From the NCBI RefSeq assembly GCF_004010195.1, contig NC_057719.1, positions 37,692,547-37,756,546 on the forward strand: a stretch of DNA of 64,000 nt, in the 5' to 3' direction. The stretch's first letter is position 1. Each line of letters starts with the position of its first letter. Made by a program: the position numbers and the translations under genes. The notes beneath the pieces are model-generated. The model was not told the origin of the DNA and did no database searches. It worked only from the letters and a program-made list of their open reading frames with translations. Positions 47,598 to 62,279 of this stretch are shown piece after piece. The DNA comes from Chiloscyllium plagiosum (taxonomy: Eukaryota).

Positions 47598-50416
47598 GTA
47601 AGCCACATTATTCTTGAAGCTTAATACTGGGTAACGCTGTGTGTTACATAACTATGCAGTGAAAATTCAAGTCTAGTGCTGAATATTTCATCCACAAAAA
47701 CACAATGATCAGAATGTACTTTTTGTTATTAGATCCAAAATAAACTTTGTTTCTCATAAGACTTCACTGTTGTAATCTGCCATTCCAAGAAATGCATAGG
47801 TTGATTTTCTAATATAACTGATATAAAACATTTTGTATACTTTCCTAATGACTTATTATTCATTCAAAGTTCTTACAGTTATTGGGGTTTTAATGTGGAG
47901 AACTATAGCTGTGAAAAATCTGACAATTTAAAAAAAAATCTATTCTCAAAACTATTTCTTCCCATGTGCTATTTTATGTTGAAGTACATAATGGTTTCAC
48001 TGTAGGCCAAATAATTGGATATATTTTGGAAAAGTATTAGCCCAAATTTTATGGTTGTAAAGTGTGACTATTTTTTGCTGGCCTTCAAGAAGATTACTGA
48101 TGACGTGTTCATGATCTCTGTAGCTTTCTGCTTTATTGGGTAGCAGTTTGAATCTGGTGCCAGGTCAAGGAGATATCTTTGTTGTAGCAACAGTGATGTC
48201 ATGAAGTAAGTAATCGACTAATCACATTCAAATAATGAGATGACAAACAAGAAATTTTGAAGTACTTAAAAATCATGAACTTCTAAATATTCAGATATCG
48301 AAATATGTAATTGACAGATTAAATTGATCTTTAAATAAAGATAAACTTTGATAATAAGTTATACTTATTAAAAGAAGTTTGACATTCCCAAAATACGTAA
48401 ATGGCTTTCAGGGCCAGTGAAGGTGTTTACCTGTAATAATGAAGCTCGCATGCCATTAAGATCCTAGTTGCACTTTATTCAACTAGATTAATCTTTCTGA
48501 AATATTTACATAGTGTGATTAATACTGGGGGGGGGAGTAGAAATACTGACACTGGCTTTGGGTTTCCACATCATCTTGTCTGAGAACTGTCACTTCTTAT
48601 TGAATAATGAACACTAACAGTTCTGCTTTAATTTATGACCACACAGTCTGTGCCCATTCTGTAATTCATTATTTTATTCATCCAACCTTATTAATACCAT
48701 AACATGGGAAGCTAATAAATACCTTGTGCTTTTTTTTTTAGAGATAATAATGTAGTTTCCAGTTGTTGAATCTGTTTATTAAACTTGAATGTTTAAAAAA
48801 TTTCCTGTTTGCTTAAAGATGCATTCCTTCCTGGGCTCCCTTAGAAATAAACAAATAGTTGCTTGGTAATATTTGCTTGCGTATTGAGAAGTTTGGTAAA
48901 TTTGTGATTCTGATGGGTGCAAAATGAAAAGCTTCAACAGCGTGTCTCTTTTCTCACAAGTAGACAAATGCTGCTTGTTATTGCAGACATACCAGGCTCT
49001 GGAGGTCCCTAAAATAGATCTTTTTATTTAAAAGTTTCAAGAGTGCATGTGTACACTCAATTCACAAAGTTATTCATAAATCCACTATTTTGCAAGTCTT
49101 TCTGCCCCTATTGCAAACTGGAAATAAAGGTGACCGAGACAGAATTCTTGATAAGAATTGTTATCATACATCAACGGTGATGGTTTTGTAAAAGGACTGC
49201 CATACTGTGATGCAGTACTCAATGATAGACCTAGTAATTAAGGTGAGGAGTTTTGAGTTTTCTTCTTAACTACTTCCTGTCCTCCCCTTCAAAACAAATC
49301 TGAAAATAACGGGATTGTGGTGCAGTCACCAGTATAGAACCTTCCTTTCAATTAAAATGTGAACATTTGTTTTACCTTGGCTTTGGATGCGAAGAGGTCC
49401 ATAGCTTGTTACTAATCCATTTTGGTTAATTTTTGAATTATTCATCTACAATGAAGAAAATGTATCTCATCCTGTTGGTGGCTCTGAGTGCAAAACACAC
49501 AGTTGAATTGTTCTGTGGTGCTTCGTCTATCGTCATACGGCCACCTGTCAACACAGAATTCCTTTTGAGCAGGAACACTTGAAAATTGTGACAAGTTTGT
49601 ATTCACAGATTTTAATGGCTTCTGAATGATAGACTGAAATCTTCTCAAGCCTTTGGATAGGTGGAGTCAAAACAAATGCTAGGAATACAGAAGATCTGCA
49701 ATCCCCTTTAAAAAGAAAAGGCAAATTAAAAGGCAAAATGGAAACTCGTTTGCACCAAACGGTTAAAACCAAAATATTCATTGTTCTTTTCCCATTCCAT
49801 ATAGAAATTGATCTGTATTTCGAGTCATAAACATGTACAGCATGGAAATGGACCCTTCAGTTCAACTTGTCAATGCCAACCAAATATCGTAACCTAATCT
49901 AGTCCCACTTTCCAGCACTTGGACCATATCCCTCTAAACCCTTCCTGTTCATGTGCCCTCTTATACATTTCCTATTATTTGAATTTCCTTTTTGATAAGG
50001 GGCATATACATGAACACATCTTGCATTTGTAGTTTTGCATTTTGTTATTGCCACAGTAACAGCAGCTGATTGATATGCTTAACAATCTTTGTACCTAGGA
50101 GCTCATTATGAAGGAATGCCCTTTTAAGGTTTTTGCATATCTCCTAAGCTTTTGTATTGGAAATTAAAATACTGTGGATTCAGGAAAAAAAGTGCTATCG
50201 ATCAACTTTGGCCTGATGAGAAACTTGTGCATGTAACAAATTCTCAGTTGAGTAATCATTTTGAAATGCTATTATTCTGTCTGGTAATAACAGTTACTTT
50301 TTTGTTGTGTAGTGTTATAAAAACTGTACAAGTGAATTTTTGGATATTCGGGTCATATAAATGAAAGTTTTGCTCTGCAGTGTAATTGATTTTCATGTTT
50401 AGTGCTGAATTCCTAG

Positions 50417-50572
50417 GTGGAAAAAGGACGGCCTGCCAGACCACAATTTTCAGATGTGTATAGAGAATTTGAGATGCTACATAAACATGTGAAGAAAATG
50501 GCTGATGAGCACTTAAGCAATTCCAATAGGATGATAAATCCTCAACAGCCCTTGCAGATCTCTTGTACACAG
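50417..50572 (+). CDS. ZNF839: ZNF839 exon 5
   Basis: tcctag| VEKGRPARPQFSDVYREFEMLHKHVKKMADEHLS...ISCTQ |gtgaat. 156 nt. Confidence 0.92.
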
Positions 50573-51110
50573 GTGAATGCTTTTTACTTTTTGTTTATAG
50601 GCCATCAAACATGAAAATTACAGATTTGTTTCTTAAGTTCCCTTCCACCAATTATTCTGTTGTGTCTTTTCTGCATGAATATATTTAAGGCCAACATATA
50701 TACAAAGGAATAAGTAAATTCCTCAATTCATTGGTCACTACTGGTACCCGCCTTGTTGCCGAGTGACAGTTTTAACTTTGCTTGGTATTACTGCTGATCC
50801 ATGTTTACATGCACTTATGTTAATGGAGCCTGCCTTGTGCTGTTTTTGATCATTTGAAAATGAAGGCAGTAAGCCTTAGGGGAATTTGAACTAAGACAAA
50901 ATGTTGTATTTTGTGCACTTGAGCATCAAAATAAAAGTTTAAATGAGAATAAAGCATCTCTATGAATGGTCTAAGAAGGAGCCTTTGTCTCTTTCAAAGT
51001 AATTTTACTCATTCTAAAGCCGTCGTTTGGACAAAACACAAATTAATTCCTTTGGCAAACATATAATTTTGATCCTTGCTCAAAAGTGGAGAGCTGTCCA
51101 ACCTGACCTA

Positions 51111-51194
51111 TGAGGTGAAGAAAGCGTGAGCCTCCGAAACCTTGTGTTTTCAAATAAACCTGTTGGACTATAACCTGGTGTCATGGGATTTTTG
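51111..51194 (+). mobile_element. 84-bp element of the second family
   Basis: Exact 11-bp target-site duplication AACCTGACCTA (51100-51110 and 51195-51205). Confidence 0.75.
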
Positions 51195-52377
51195 AACCTG
51201 ACCTAGCTCAGGTTACTCACCTCCACCTTGGCTGGCTTCCCCATCTGCTCCAAAGTGGAGGTGGAGTTTGGGAAGTCCTCTGATTCCTTTTCAGTGTGGC
51301 TGAGGGATGTAGCTGGGAGCTGGCAGTCCCAGTGACTCAGCCATAGTAGTAGGCACATTGGCCTGAAGCTGAGATCCCACGTAGGCTATGATGGAGCTGG
51401 AAAATAGCAGTACAGACAATGCTGGCCTGGTTTTGTAGAAGATTTCAAACACCAGTGTTAAAGAAAATGTAGTACATAGAGCAACCGCTTTCCAGATACT
51501 TTAAAACATGCTTTTGATGTCTGTATATCATCATTCCTTCCAATGACTTTAGAGATTTCAGTTTTAAAATGTTAGGGCAGCAATTATTGTGAAGTAAGTA
51601 AGCCTGTAACTAAGGATTAAGTGACTGAGCAGTTTAAAAGAGTACAGTGACTGAGCATCCTGAAAGAAAGTTAGCTAAGCGAAGAGGATATGTAAATGAT
51701 AGATCATGGCTAACAAGCATCAGTGATTTTTTTTTTTAAAGTTATTAAAGTAATAGCCAGGGGAATGTTGACTAAATGGCTTTCCAAAAGACATCTGATA
51801 AAGTTTCTGCTAAGAGACAGTTAGCTATAGTTGAAGCTTATGGAATTCAAGTTACAGTTATCGACTCAGTTAGGAAATTGGCTCTGTCAAGAGACAGAGT
51901 AGGAATAATTGGCAGGTTCTCTTAAATGGCAGAATGCATGTGAATAGTTCCACAAGAGTATCTATTCAGGCCTTCATATGTAATATTTGGCTGTTATACT
52001 ATCATGTCTATCAAAAGAAGAAAACCCTAAGACCCCATATTACTTTTTTTACTTGTGTTATGACATGACAGCATTTAATAAGAGCTGGTGAGATTTATGA
52101 AGTAGCCCTCAGAAATCAAAGAAAAAACTAGCACATGAGAAATTCTCTAGTGGAGCCCACAGGGTGAGGAGAAATATTTTGATCTCTGGTGCCAAGATGT
52201 CAGTGATTGAGTGGAGGTGGTCACTTCAGCACCAAGGCTCCCTTGACATCTTCTTTCGAGCCCGTGATCTCCACAATCTAGTATGATAAGGGCTGCACAT
52301 GCATGTCACGGTCTTCAAATTCCCCTACAAGCCATAAACAATCCTGACTTGGAACCCTATCACTGTTCTTTCACTGT

Positions 52378-52676
52378 CATAGAATCTCTGCAGTGTGGAG
52401 GCAGGTCATTTGGCCCCTTTGAGTCCACATCGACCCTCTGAAAAGCATTCCACACAGACCCACCTTATCCCTGTAACCCTGCATTTCCCATGGCCAGTCC
52501 ACCTAATCTGCATATGTTTGGACTGTTGGAGGAAACTGGAGTATCTGGAGGAAACCCAGGGAGCCAAAGGGACAATGTGTAAACACCAGACAGAAAGTAG
52601 CCTGTGGCTGAAATTGAACCTGGGTTCCTGATGCTGTGAGGCAGCAGTACTAGTCATTGAACCAACATGCTGCCCC
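52378..52676 (-). mobile_element. HE1-type SINE, diverged
   Basis: Reverse-complement similarity to 1096-1415. Confidence 0.85.
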
Positions 52677-55378
52677 TGTCACTGGGTCAGAATCCTGAAT
52701 AACACAGTTGATGTACTTGCACTACGTGACTGTATTGGTTCAAAAAGGTGGCTAACCACTACCTTTAAGGGAAGTTAGGTATTGCCAACAAATGCTCATC
52801 CACCCAGCGATGCCTACATTCTGCGAAACAATAAAATAAGGAACAAAAAATCTTTGTTCTCTGTCAAAGGCATTAATCAAAGTGCTTCACAGAAGGTTAT
52901 AGAACAAAATTGGGCGCCTTGTCACAACAGGCAGTAGTAGGGCAAATAGCAAGATTTATGTCATAGAGGTAGTTCTGAAGAAGCATTTTAAAAAAAGAAA
53001 AATAGGTTGAAAGTCTCAAGATTATGGAGGGAATTCATAGCTTAAGGCTTGGGTAGCTAAAGGCATTGGTAGGGCATTTAAAAAGGTTGTTCTCCCTTTT
53101 TGAGCATTTTCAATATTAGTATTCAGGTCTGACCTTCCTTTTCCATTCTGCTGAAAAGTTATTGAAGTTTAAGTTAGTTTCTCTCTCCACAGATATTGTC
53201 AGACCTGTGAAGTATTTCCAGCATTTTCTGCCTTTTATTTCAACGGAAATGTGGACCAGGAGCTGATGTTACTAGGTCTGCAGTTTAGTGGGATTAAGGT
53301 CACGAACTCGGGACTTAGATCTCATGGACCAAATGGATGCAGAGGTGGTTCAAGGGAAAATGCAAATTCAGGGATTGGATGGTTTTGTGGAAGAGAGGGC
53401 ATCAGCAGACAGTTAATTAGGTGTTGTTTGTGGTAAAGGTGGAAGAGACAGGAGAAGATTTTTAGGTAGAAGTTTGCGGCAGAGCATAAAAGCTTGGAAT
53501 TATCTTTGACTTGCATCATTATTCGCTCTAATAGACGAGAGCAGGACTTGTTCAGTGTTTATGTGTGGTCCAGCTGGATCTGATGATGACTAAACCAGTT
53601 GTTTGCTACATCTCTTCAATCTGCATGTATTGGAATAAGGGAGCCAAGTTGTTGGCTTTGCTGGAGTAGTGGTCAGTTAACTGGATGGCAGAGTGATGCT
53701 AACAGTATCCATTCCTGCACCAGCTGAGGTAACCACAAAGAACTTTCTTTCCCCCCCCCCCCCCTCTGAGGTGTGGTGACTCCTCAGGTTAAACCACTCC
53801 TCAGGTTAAACCACTGCCTCTCCCTAATGAGCGTTCTGTCCTGTGGTCTGTTAGGACGATAGCAACCTTACATTATTTTAATGTTCAGTTAATAGACATT
53901 AATCCTTTTAGGAGATGAGCTATTTTTCAATAGCTGTAGAAAAATTGTGGTGACTGAATGCTAAAGATAAGACAGTTGGGGTTTTGAAAGTACACGTGTA
54001 AGTATACTGCGGCATATTTTTACCAGAGGTGGAAACAGAAGGTGGTAGAATTCAGGTGTGGAAAGAGAGAGAGTCATACTAGAAAGTGATCCAAAGTGGT
54101 CTTATTCATTGTTGAAATGATGGGAGCAATAAAATCAAAGGAATGGCCATGAATAGAAGTTGAAATACTAACATGGAGAGATGAAATTTAGGGATACGAA
54201 AAAGGGTAGTGTAAGAGAGCACAAGTTGAGATGAGGTTGAACAATCAGGCTGCGAAGTTATTCAACAAAGAGACTAAAGGAGGAAAAAAAGGAATGAAGG
54301 TACCTCTTCGAGAATACATTTATGCTTGCTAGGAGGGCAGTAGAGAAAAAAAATGTTTATCAGAAAAATTCCTTGGTAGAATCGTGGCCTATTTCAGTGC
54401 TGAATTATCCTATTTGGCCCAGCAACTCCATGTTGGTAATTTTGTCCACATAAGCTGTCTTATCGAATCACTCTCCCCTGCTTTTATTCACATGATTCCT
54501 TTCCACACCCCACACCCAGAACCAATCATTTCATTATTTTCTTTTATGTTCCTATTACATAGCATAAAGCTTTTCATGTAAATAATCTTCACTTTCACTT
54601 CTATATCCTGAATGAACACTCTTTCCTCCTCAGTGTCCTTTTATCCATCTAAATTCTTATCTGTCGTAGATACATGTCCTGGTCTTTCAAAATAAATGTA
54701 GACCTTACTTGTATTTCTTCAACATTAGTTTCTTAATCACTGTTGATGGTGGTAATTAAAGATATAACAAGGATATGTAAGCAAAATATTGTGGATGCTG
54801 GGAATTTGAAAATAAAGCAGGTGTTGGAAACAGTCGACATCTGTGCAGAGCAAGTTCTAACATTTGAAGTCAGTAGCTGTTTTCTTTTTGCCCAAGACCT
54901 CCCAGACTTGGAGTATTTCCAACATTTTCTGTTTTGTTCACAGATCTCTGACAGATACCAGTTTGTGTGAGCAATTTCGATCTCATTGATTACTTCACCA
55001 TCAAGATTAAAATATATTGTCCAAGATAGGCAAAATGTAACCATTTCCTCTCTCCAACTTAAACTATCATGACAATAACTTCCTTAAATAAGTTTTCATT
55101 ACATTGTTAGTCTCTTTTAGTGTTGGCATTCTAGATGTTTTGCGTTCCAGTAACAGGCTTCCACATGCAAAACATGGCGAGAGACATTCTATGTGATTTT
55201 AATACTTTCTGTTTAAAACATCTTCTGTCCACCACAGTATTCAATGTAAATAAAACCACTTTTTACTGCAACATATTAGAGTTCACAAGTAGTGTTTAAA
55301 TAACTAGAACATTAAGTTTGTTTCAGGAACTGAACAAAATTAAAGCTTATTGATGTTTCTTTCCTATAAATGTTCCAG

Positions 55379-55516
55379 GTTGCTGAGTCATTAGGAATAA
55401 CTGAATATACAAACAAAGAAAACCAGCAAGATGCAAGTGTGTCCCTAACCTACAGATTAGTCACAGTAGATGACCAGAATCATCTCAATTCATCAGGAGA
55501 AAAGCATAGTATGGAG
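55379..55516 (+). CDS. ZNF839: ZNF839 exon 6
   Basis: ttccag| VAESLGITEYTNKENQQ...GEKHSME |gtattt. 138 nt; VAESLGITE is typical of ZNF839. Confidence 0.9.
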
Positions 55517-55869
55517 GTATTTGAAGGTTAATCATTTGATGCCGTGCAGTTTATGTATGTTGACTTTAATTGTTTTGTTGCTTACTCTTCTAAAAAAAAT
55601 ATTAATATCTGTTTAAATATACTGAGATTTGAGATGGAAAAACAGAATTCATGTTCAATATAACTGCAGTTGAAAGGTCCAGCAAGTAGAATATTCCAAA
55701 CAAATTGTAAGGGATTTATAATCCCCTCTTTAAGTTCAGTATGTTTTCTTTGCTTTTTTTTAAAATCAGGTATTACCAAGTGCACCATCCAGATTGTTTT
55801 GTTCAACCAGTAGATGCATTGATTGTAATTTTCCAAAAATCATTGCATTTTTGAAGAAGTAACAAATAG

Positions 55870-56655
55870 TTGGAAAACTGCTAATGTCACGTCTCTATTC
55901 AAAAAGGGAGAGAGGAAAAAAAGTGGGTAGCTGCAGGTCAGTTAACTGATCATCTATTGTTGGAAAAGTATTGGAATCAGTTATGAAGAAAATTGTAACA
56001 GAACATTTGAAAAATCATAATCTAATCGAGCAGAGTCAACATGGTTTCATGAAAGGGAAATCATGTCTGTCCAATTTATTGGAGGTTTTTGAGGAAGTCT
56101 GAAGAGTGGATAGAGAGGAAGTGGTAGATATTTTTTATTTGGACTTCCAGAAGGCATTCGATAAGGTACCTCATAATTTCTTATAAGAAAAGAACATATG
56201 ATGTTGGAGGGAATATATTGGCATGGATAAAAAAATTGGCTCATCTGAGGAAACAGTGAGTGGGGATAAGTGGTTCTTTTTCAGGTTGGTGACATGTGAT
56301 CTGTGGGGTTCCACAAAAATCCATTCTGAGACTATAACTGTTTACAATATGTATCAATGACTTAGAGGGAGAAAGTGAATGTACTTTCGCCAAATTTGCA
56401 GATGACACCATAGATGGAAAGGCAGTTTGTGAGAGGGATACAAACAGATTACAAAGAGATATTGATAAGTTAAGTGGGCAAAAAGTTGGCAAATTGAGTA
56501 TAATGTGCAAAAAATGCAAAGTTCATTTTGGAAGGGAAAACAATATTATTTAAATGGAGAGAAATTACAGAAAGCTGCAACTCAGAGTGGCTTGAGGTTG
56601 TTTATGTATGAAACACAGAAAGATAAGACACAGGTACAATAGGTAATCTGGAAGG
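55870..56655 (+). mobile_element. CR1 RT fragment
   Basis: LDFQKAFDKVPH and KFADDT motifs with frameshifts. Confidence 0.85.
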
Positions 56656-56663
56656 GTATTAAC

Positions 56664-56902
56664 TGCTCACAATGTGGTCTTGTCTACCTTGGGAAGACAA
56701 AACGCCAAGTAGGTAACTATTTTGAAGAAAGTCTTTGTCCTGTCAGCAAAAATGACCCCAGGCTTCCTTAGCCAACATATTTGTCACCGGCTTACTGCAG
56801 TGCTCCAGCAAAGTTCAAAGTAAGGTGGAAGAACAGCATTTCATTTTCCACTTGGGAATCCTGTAGCCTTCAGGACTCAATATCGAGTTCAATAATTTTA
56901 GG
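56664..56902 (+). mobile_element. Penelope-like element GIY-YIG endonuclease remnant
   Basis: Hand translation: CSQCGLVYLGKTKRQVGNYFEES...KNDPRLP, then KVEEQHFIFHLGIL*PSGLNIEFNNFR, the typical PLE endonuclease C-terminus. Confidence 0.8.
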
Positions 56903-59900
56903 GTGAGAGCACCTTCTCCCATGTCTTTACCCTAACCCCCACAAACAAGGCCTCATGATAAATAACCCATTATCACCTACTAATTATCCCTGTTAGCAGC
57001 TCTGAAGTTTCCGAGGGTGACTTTCACCCATTCCTTTTGTGTGTTCTCTTTGGATACCCTCTGTCGCACTCTCTGTCACATCACTGAGGGTGGAGGTTTT
57101 CATACGAACATAACTAGGAGCAGGTACAGGACATTTCATCCATGGATCTTGCTCTACCATTCAATAATATCATGGCCTCAACTTCACTTTCCTGCCTTGC
57201 CCTTATTCTCCTTTGTTTAGTTGTTAATCAAAAATCATCTCTCGATCAGCCTTTAATATATTAAATGAATCAGCTTCCCCTGCGCCATTGGCTAGAGAAT
57301 TCTAAACATTAGTGAGCAAACTTCCTCCAGCCTCCTTATCAAAGGAAATTTCCTTGTTCTCACAGTGTCCCTTATTTCTAGATTCCTCCATAGGGAAAAC
57401 CTTTTTGACAGCAATTACCTTGTCAAGCTCTCTTAGAATATTCATGCATCAATAAAATCACATACCATTTGTCTAAACTCCAGTGAGTTCAGATCCAAAC
57501 TGCACAACTTTGTAAGATAACCTGGTTATTTTGAGGAGTTTCCCTGCTGAATTTGAAGTTTGTGGCAGAGGCATTGTTGATGGAATTTCTTTATCACTTG
57601 TTTCTGCCACTAATAGATAATGCAACACTGGAGTACAAGAGTGTAAGGACAACTGGTTTATGTTAAAACTGTGCTTTTCTTTGTTGTCAAATGGTTGCTA
57701 AATGAGTAAGCCATCTCTGAATTGCCTCCAATGCAAGTAAGTATCTGCTTAAATAAGGAAAGCTAAGCTTTAGGTGTGATCAATGCCCTGTGCAATGATA
57801 GCAATTCCTTATGTTTATGGTGTACTCTGTTGTTGTTAAAGTTTGCCTTTATAATTTCTTATTGAACCTGCATGCTTATTTTTGTGATCCATCTATGAGG
57901 ACACCCAAATTGCTCTGTATGCTAGCATGCTGCAGTTTCTCTCCAATTAAATAGTAATCTGCTTTTCTATTCTACCCCCTCATCAGCTGAACCTCAGATT
58001 AACATGTACTCTGACACAGATTTCTTGCATGGATTACCTTGGAACTGAACAGGCTGATTCTCAACCTTCACAACTTTGGGCATATGGGGCAGGACATCCT
58101 ATGAGATAGTGGGTCATGAAATGCAGGATTTACTTCCTTTCTTTGCTTCTCTGCTTCATTTAAGATGATGTAATTCAGTGTGATGCAGCTTGATAGGCAA
58201 GTCACCATTTTGGACAATTGGTGGTGACTTTCTCCCGGTGATTAATTTCAATGCTGCCACACTTCAAGGAAAGTTTGGGAGTGCCATTTGGATCATTTTC
58301 TTTGTCTTCTGAAACATTGGGCAAATGAGAGTTGACAAAACTAGACTTATCTTATTAGTTCATCAAAATTGATTTTGCAGGTGTTTTGTAAATTGCATAT
58401 TTTGAAAATTTTCTTTATGCTGGCTTTAAAAAGGACACTAGCATTCCCCCTGAATCTGAAAAAAGCTGAAGAATGTGGCAGACACATTGCTGAGGGAATT
58501 GCTGACCTATTGCGGTCACTGCGGTACAGGAATTTGACTGATGCTGACATAATCCAAATGGCCTCTTTCTGTGTTGCAGATATGAGTCTATGAAATAATG
58601 AGGGCATATTAAAAAGGCTCTACATTCAACTTCTTGTAGATTGGTAGAATCAATTTGGAGGAAGTAGCTACAATGAAGAATTCATTTGTGAGGTTTCGAT
58701 ACAGTTTCCTAGAATAGTTGTGGCTCAGACTAGTGAACTGGCTGTTTTGGATCTTGTAATGTGTAATGAGGCACATTCGATAAATGATTTCAGAGTGAAA
58801 GAACCCCCATGAAACCGATCATGACGTGGTAGAATTTAGCATTACATTTGAGAATGGGAGAATTCATTGGAAATGGCTGTGCTCAATTTAAATGTGTTAT
58901 AAAGTAATGAGGGCAGAGTTGGTTGGAGCAGACTGGGAAGTGATTTTAATAGGAAAGATGGTTGAGGAGCAATGGCAGTCATTTAATAAAATGGTTTATG
59001 ACTCCCAGCAAGGTGTATCCCAATAAGGAGGAAATATCCTAGGAAGGGGATTAACCAAGGAATTTAAGGATAACATCAAATAAGAAAAAAAAAATGTAAT
59101 GTAACAAAGGTCAGTAGTTAGCCAAAAGATTGGATAAGTTTATAAGTCAATAAAAGATGACCACAAAAAGAAAAGATGAAAATAACTAGAGGGATGTGAT
59201 GGCTGAGTGATATTATTGCTATGCTATTAATTTAGAGAACCAGGTAATGTTCTGGGACTCCAGTTTGAATCATGTCGTGCCATGCCAGATGGTGGAACTG
59301 TAATTTGGTATATGAAAAGAAAACTGTAATTAAGAGTTGAATGATGATCTTTGTCAACTGTCAGAAAAAAATCCCATCTGGCCCTTTTAGGGAAGTTTTT
59401 ACCTGGTCGACATGTGACTCCAGACCCACAGCAATATGGTTGACTATAAACAGCCCTCGAGGCAATAAATGCTGACCCAGCCAGTGATGCCACATCCTGT
59501 GAAAGAATGAAAAGAAAACTATGAATGCAAACTAGCAAGTAACATAAACATTGACAGCAACAACTTTTCTAATTAGTTAGAAAGGAAGAAAGAAGCCATA
59601 GTGATTAATAGACTCAGTAGAAAACAAGGCTGGGGAAATAGAGTTGAATACATAGTCTTATCCATCTTCATGATGGAGACTGCTTTTTCATCCACTACCT
59701 TCAGCATTCACTGCCTTCACTGGTGCACAGTGGCAATACTGCTTATGTTCTATAAGATCTTATGCAGCAACTCACCAAGGCTGCTTTGACAGCAGCTTTT
59801 ATACCCATGACTACAACCAGCTAAAAGAACAAAATGCTTGTGAATACCATAATCTGCAAGTTCCTCTCCAAGCCACTCCCTATTATGACTCGGCAATTAT

Positions 59901-61041
59901 TGCCTTTTCTTCACTGTCGCTGGGTCAAAAACACTACGAAAATTGCAGCACGTGACTGTTGCTTTCAGGACAATTTGTGATGGACAATAAGTGCTGGTCA
60001 GGGCAGCAATGATCGCATTCCCTTGAGTGAATTTTAAAAATGGATAAAGTAGGTAGTGAGGAAGCAATCTGAGTTTTAAAAAAAAAATGAACAAAAATTA
60101 GTTGTTATTTGTTTGCAATGCTAAATAAGATTATACAAAATAAAATTGCTTCAAATCAGGGTAGAGTTATCTCACAAATTATGGAGTAGACGACCAGAGA
60201 TTAAGGTTCTGCTTTTCACTACGTTTTTTGAAAAGAATGCTAAAATCAATATGAAACCACAGGAAATGATCAGGAATAGGCATAAATGTAACACATTCCA
60301 AAAGTTACGATTGTACTTGTGCTGCTAGATTCACCTTGCCTGTGAAATTCCACTAATCAGAATTGAATAATGCAAGTATTCTTACTCTGTGGATTTATTG
60401 AATTATTTTAGGATGGACTCTGACCAAAGTTTTAAACATTGTTATAATTAATTGTGTCTCAGTATGACTTGAAATCTGTTTTCTGTACTCCTTTGGAAAG
60501 GCAAATGTAAGTGCAAGCTGTTGTAGTTCATCATCGCTCTTGAGATTTAGTGAAGTAATTTTATTGTATGGGCAATTACAAATGTGCAAGTTAACTGATT
60601 TTCTAAATGCTGCCTATTATATCATGCTTTCCTGTGAAGCATTTCATTTGAATATGAGGAAAATACTGATTTACTTTATGCCAATGTAAAGAAACAGATA
60701 AATATTCATTCATCTCGTATAAGTTAAATAATCTTTGCTAATAGTTGGCGTTGCTTTTTGTATGTAATAGTTAGAACAAAGAAAAGGCAGGTTTCTTTCC
60801 TGGCACAGTTTTAGTCTTACAACATCTTTCACATTCCTCTCTTCAGTTACATAATGTTCTTCATAATACAAGACTAGCAACCATGTTTAAGCTTGTCTCT
60901 TTAGATATTAATCAGCAGCATGAACAGCTACTTATTAGTACTTCAAAAACAATCTCGTGATAATTGCCCTTGAGAAATGTATTGTGAAAAACTTGTTAAT
61001 GAAATTGATTTCCTTTAAACTGGCTTTATGGTGTTCTTCAG

Positions 61042-61180
61042 AGAGACTTTGGAACCTTATCCCCCTCATCAAAACGAATGAAAATAGATGACGCTGTAAC
61101 TGTGACTGAAAACAACTTCAACCAAAATGGAATAGAGATAACTGGTGAAGTACAATTACAAAGCTTAACTACGGAAGAAG
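61042..61180 (+). CDS. ZNF839: ZNF839 exon 7 (probable)
   Basis: ttcttcag| RDFGTLSPSSKRMKIDDAVTVTENNFNQNG...TTEE(G) |gtaatg. 139 nt, open frame, NLS-like KRMK. The gene continues past the window. Confidence 0.75.
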
Positions 61181-62279
61181 GTAATGTTTATATTGTCAAT
61201 CATTTTTACTTAGGCAGTTATTCTTAGATAACATTGCCATTAACTGGGAAAGACACAACATGAAGTCCAGCCCTGGCTGACACATTTATTTGGTAATCAA
61301 GGTACATGACTTGCTTCCTAGCAATAGGTTTTGCACCTGGCACTTTATGATTACAAAACTTAGAACAAAACATTTTCCTGTAACTCAAACAGTCATAGCT
61401 TCATATTGGATGCTACAAAGTCATGGAACATTATTTCAGTAAACTTTGCATAGTCGGTCACCTAAGAGATAATTTAAAAAGTAGCCAATTTGGTAAACTG
61501 GTGGGTCTGTTGTCATCTCTTCTTCAAAATCCCCAACTATGACGACTCTGTCCTTAATAGCACCATCCCATCTCCACCCTTCTTTCCTTTCAAGTTCTTA
61601 AATATGCTTATATTTCAAATTCGTGCCTACCTTTCCAGGGCTATTTTTGAATTCTCCAGTTGGCTTTCTGTCACTGGCTACAATGCTCAAACAGGCCCTT
61701 TTTTAAAAAAAAGCACATATTGCATCCTACATCAATGTGACTATGGTGAAATATTGCACTTTGTCCTTCTCAATTCATCAAGAATTCTTTGATAGGGATG
61801 ACAACACTGTCCTACTCCGCTACCTCTTATTATAGTTCAGTGGAAATCATATATTTTTACCCAAAACAAACACAATGCTGGAGAAACTCAGCAAGTTTGG
61901 CAGAGAATGCACAATTGAGGGGTTTATTTTCCCATTCCTGCATTGTTACCTCTAGATCCCCAAAAGATCTATTCTTGGTCCTATCCTATTTTTCATCTGC
62001 AAGATACTCCTTTATGAAATTACTTAAAAGTATGTCAGGTTCCAAGTGTACTGATGATGCCCAGCCACTCTTGTGCCTCCAAATTTATAGATAATAGATA
62101 AATGGCAGAAAATGTAACTTAGTGCTGTGTGTTGGTCTTCACAATGAATGACAATAGATGTCTCCCCTGAAATAATAAATATCTAAGGGTCTCATAAATG
62201 TGGAACTCAAAGTAAATGCATATCAGTCAGAAGGTAGTGTTGGAGAAATTAATGGATTGATGTTGTTACATTTACATTG

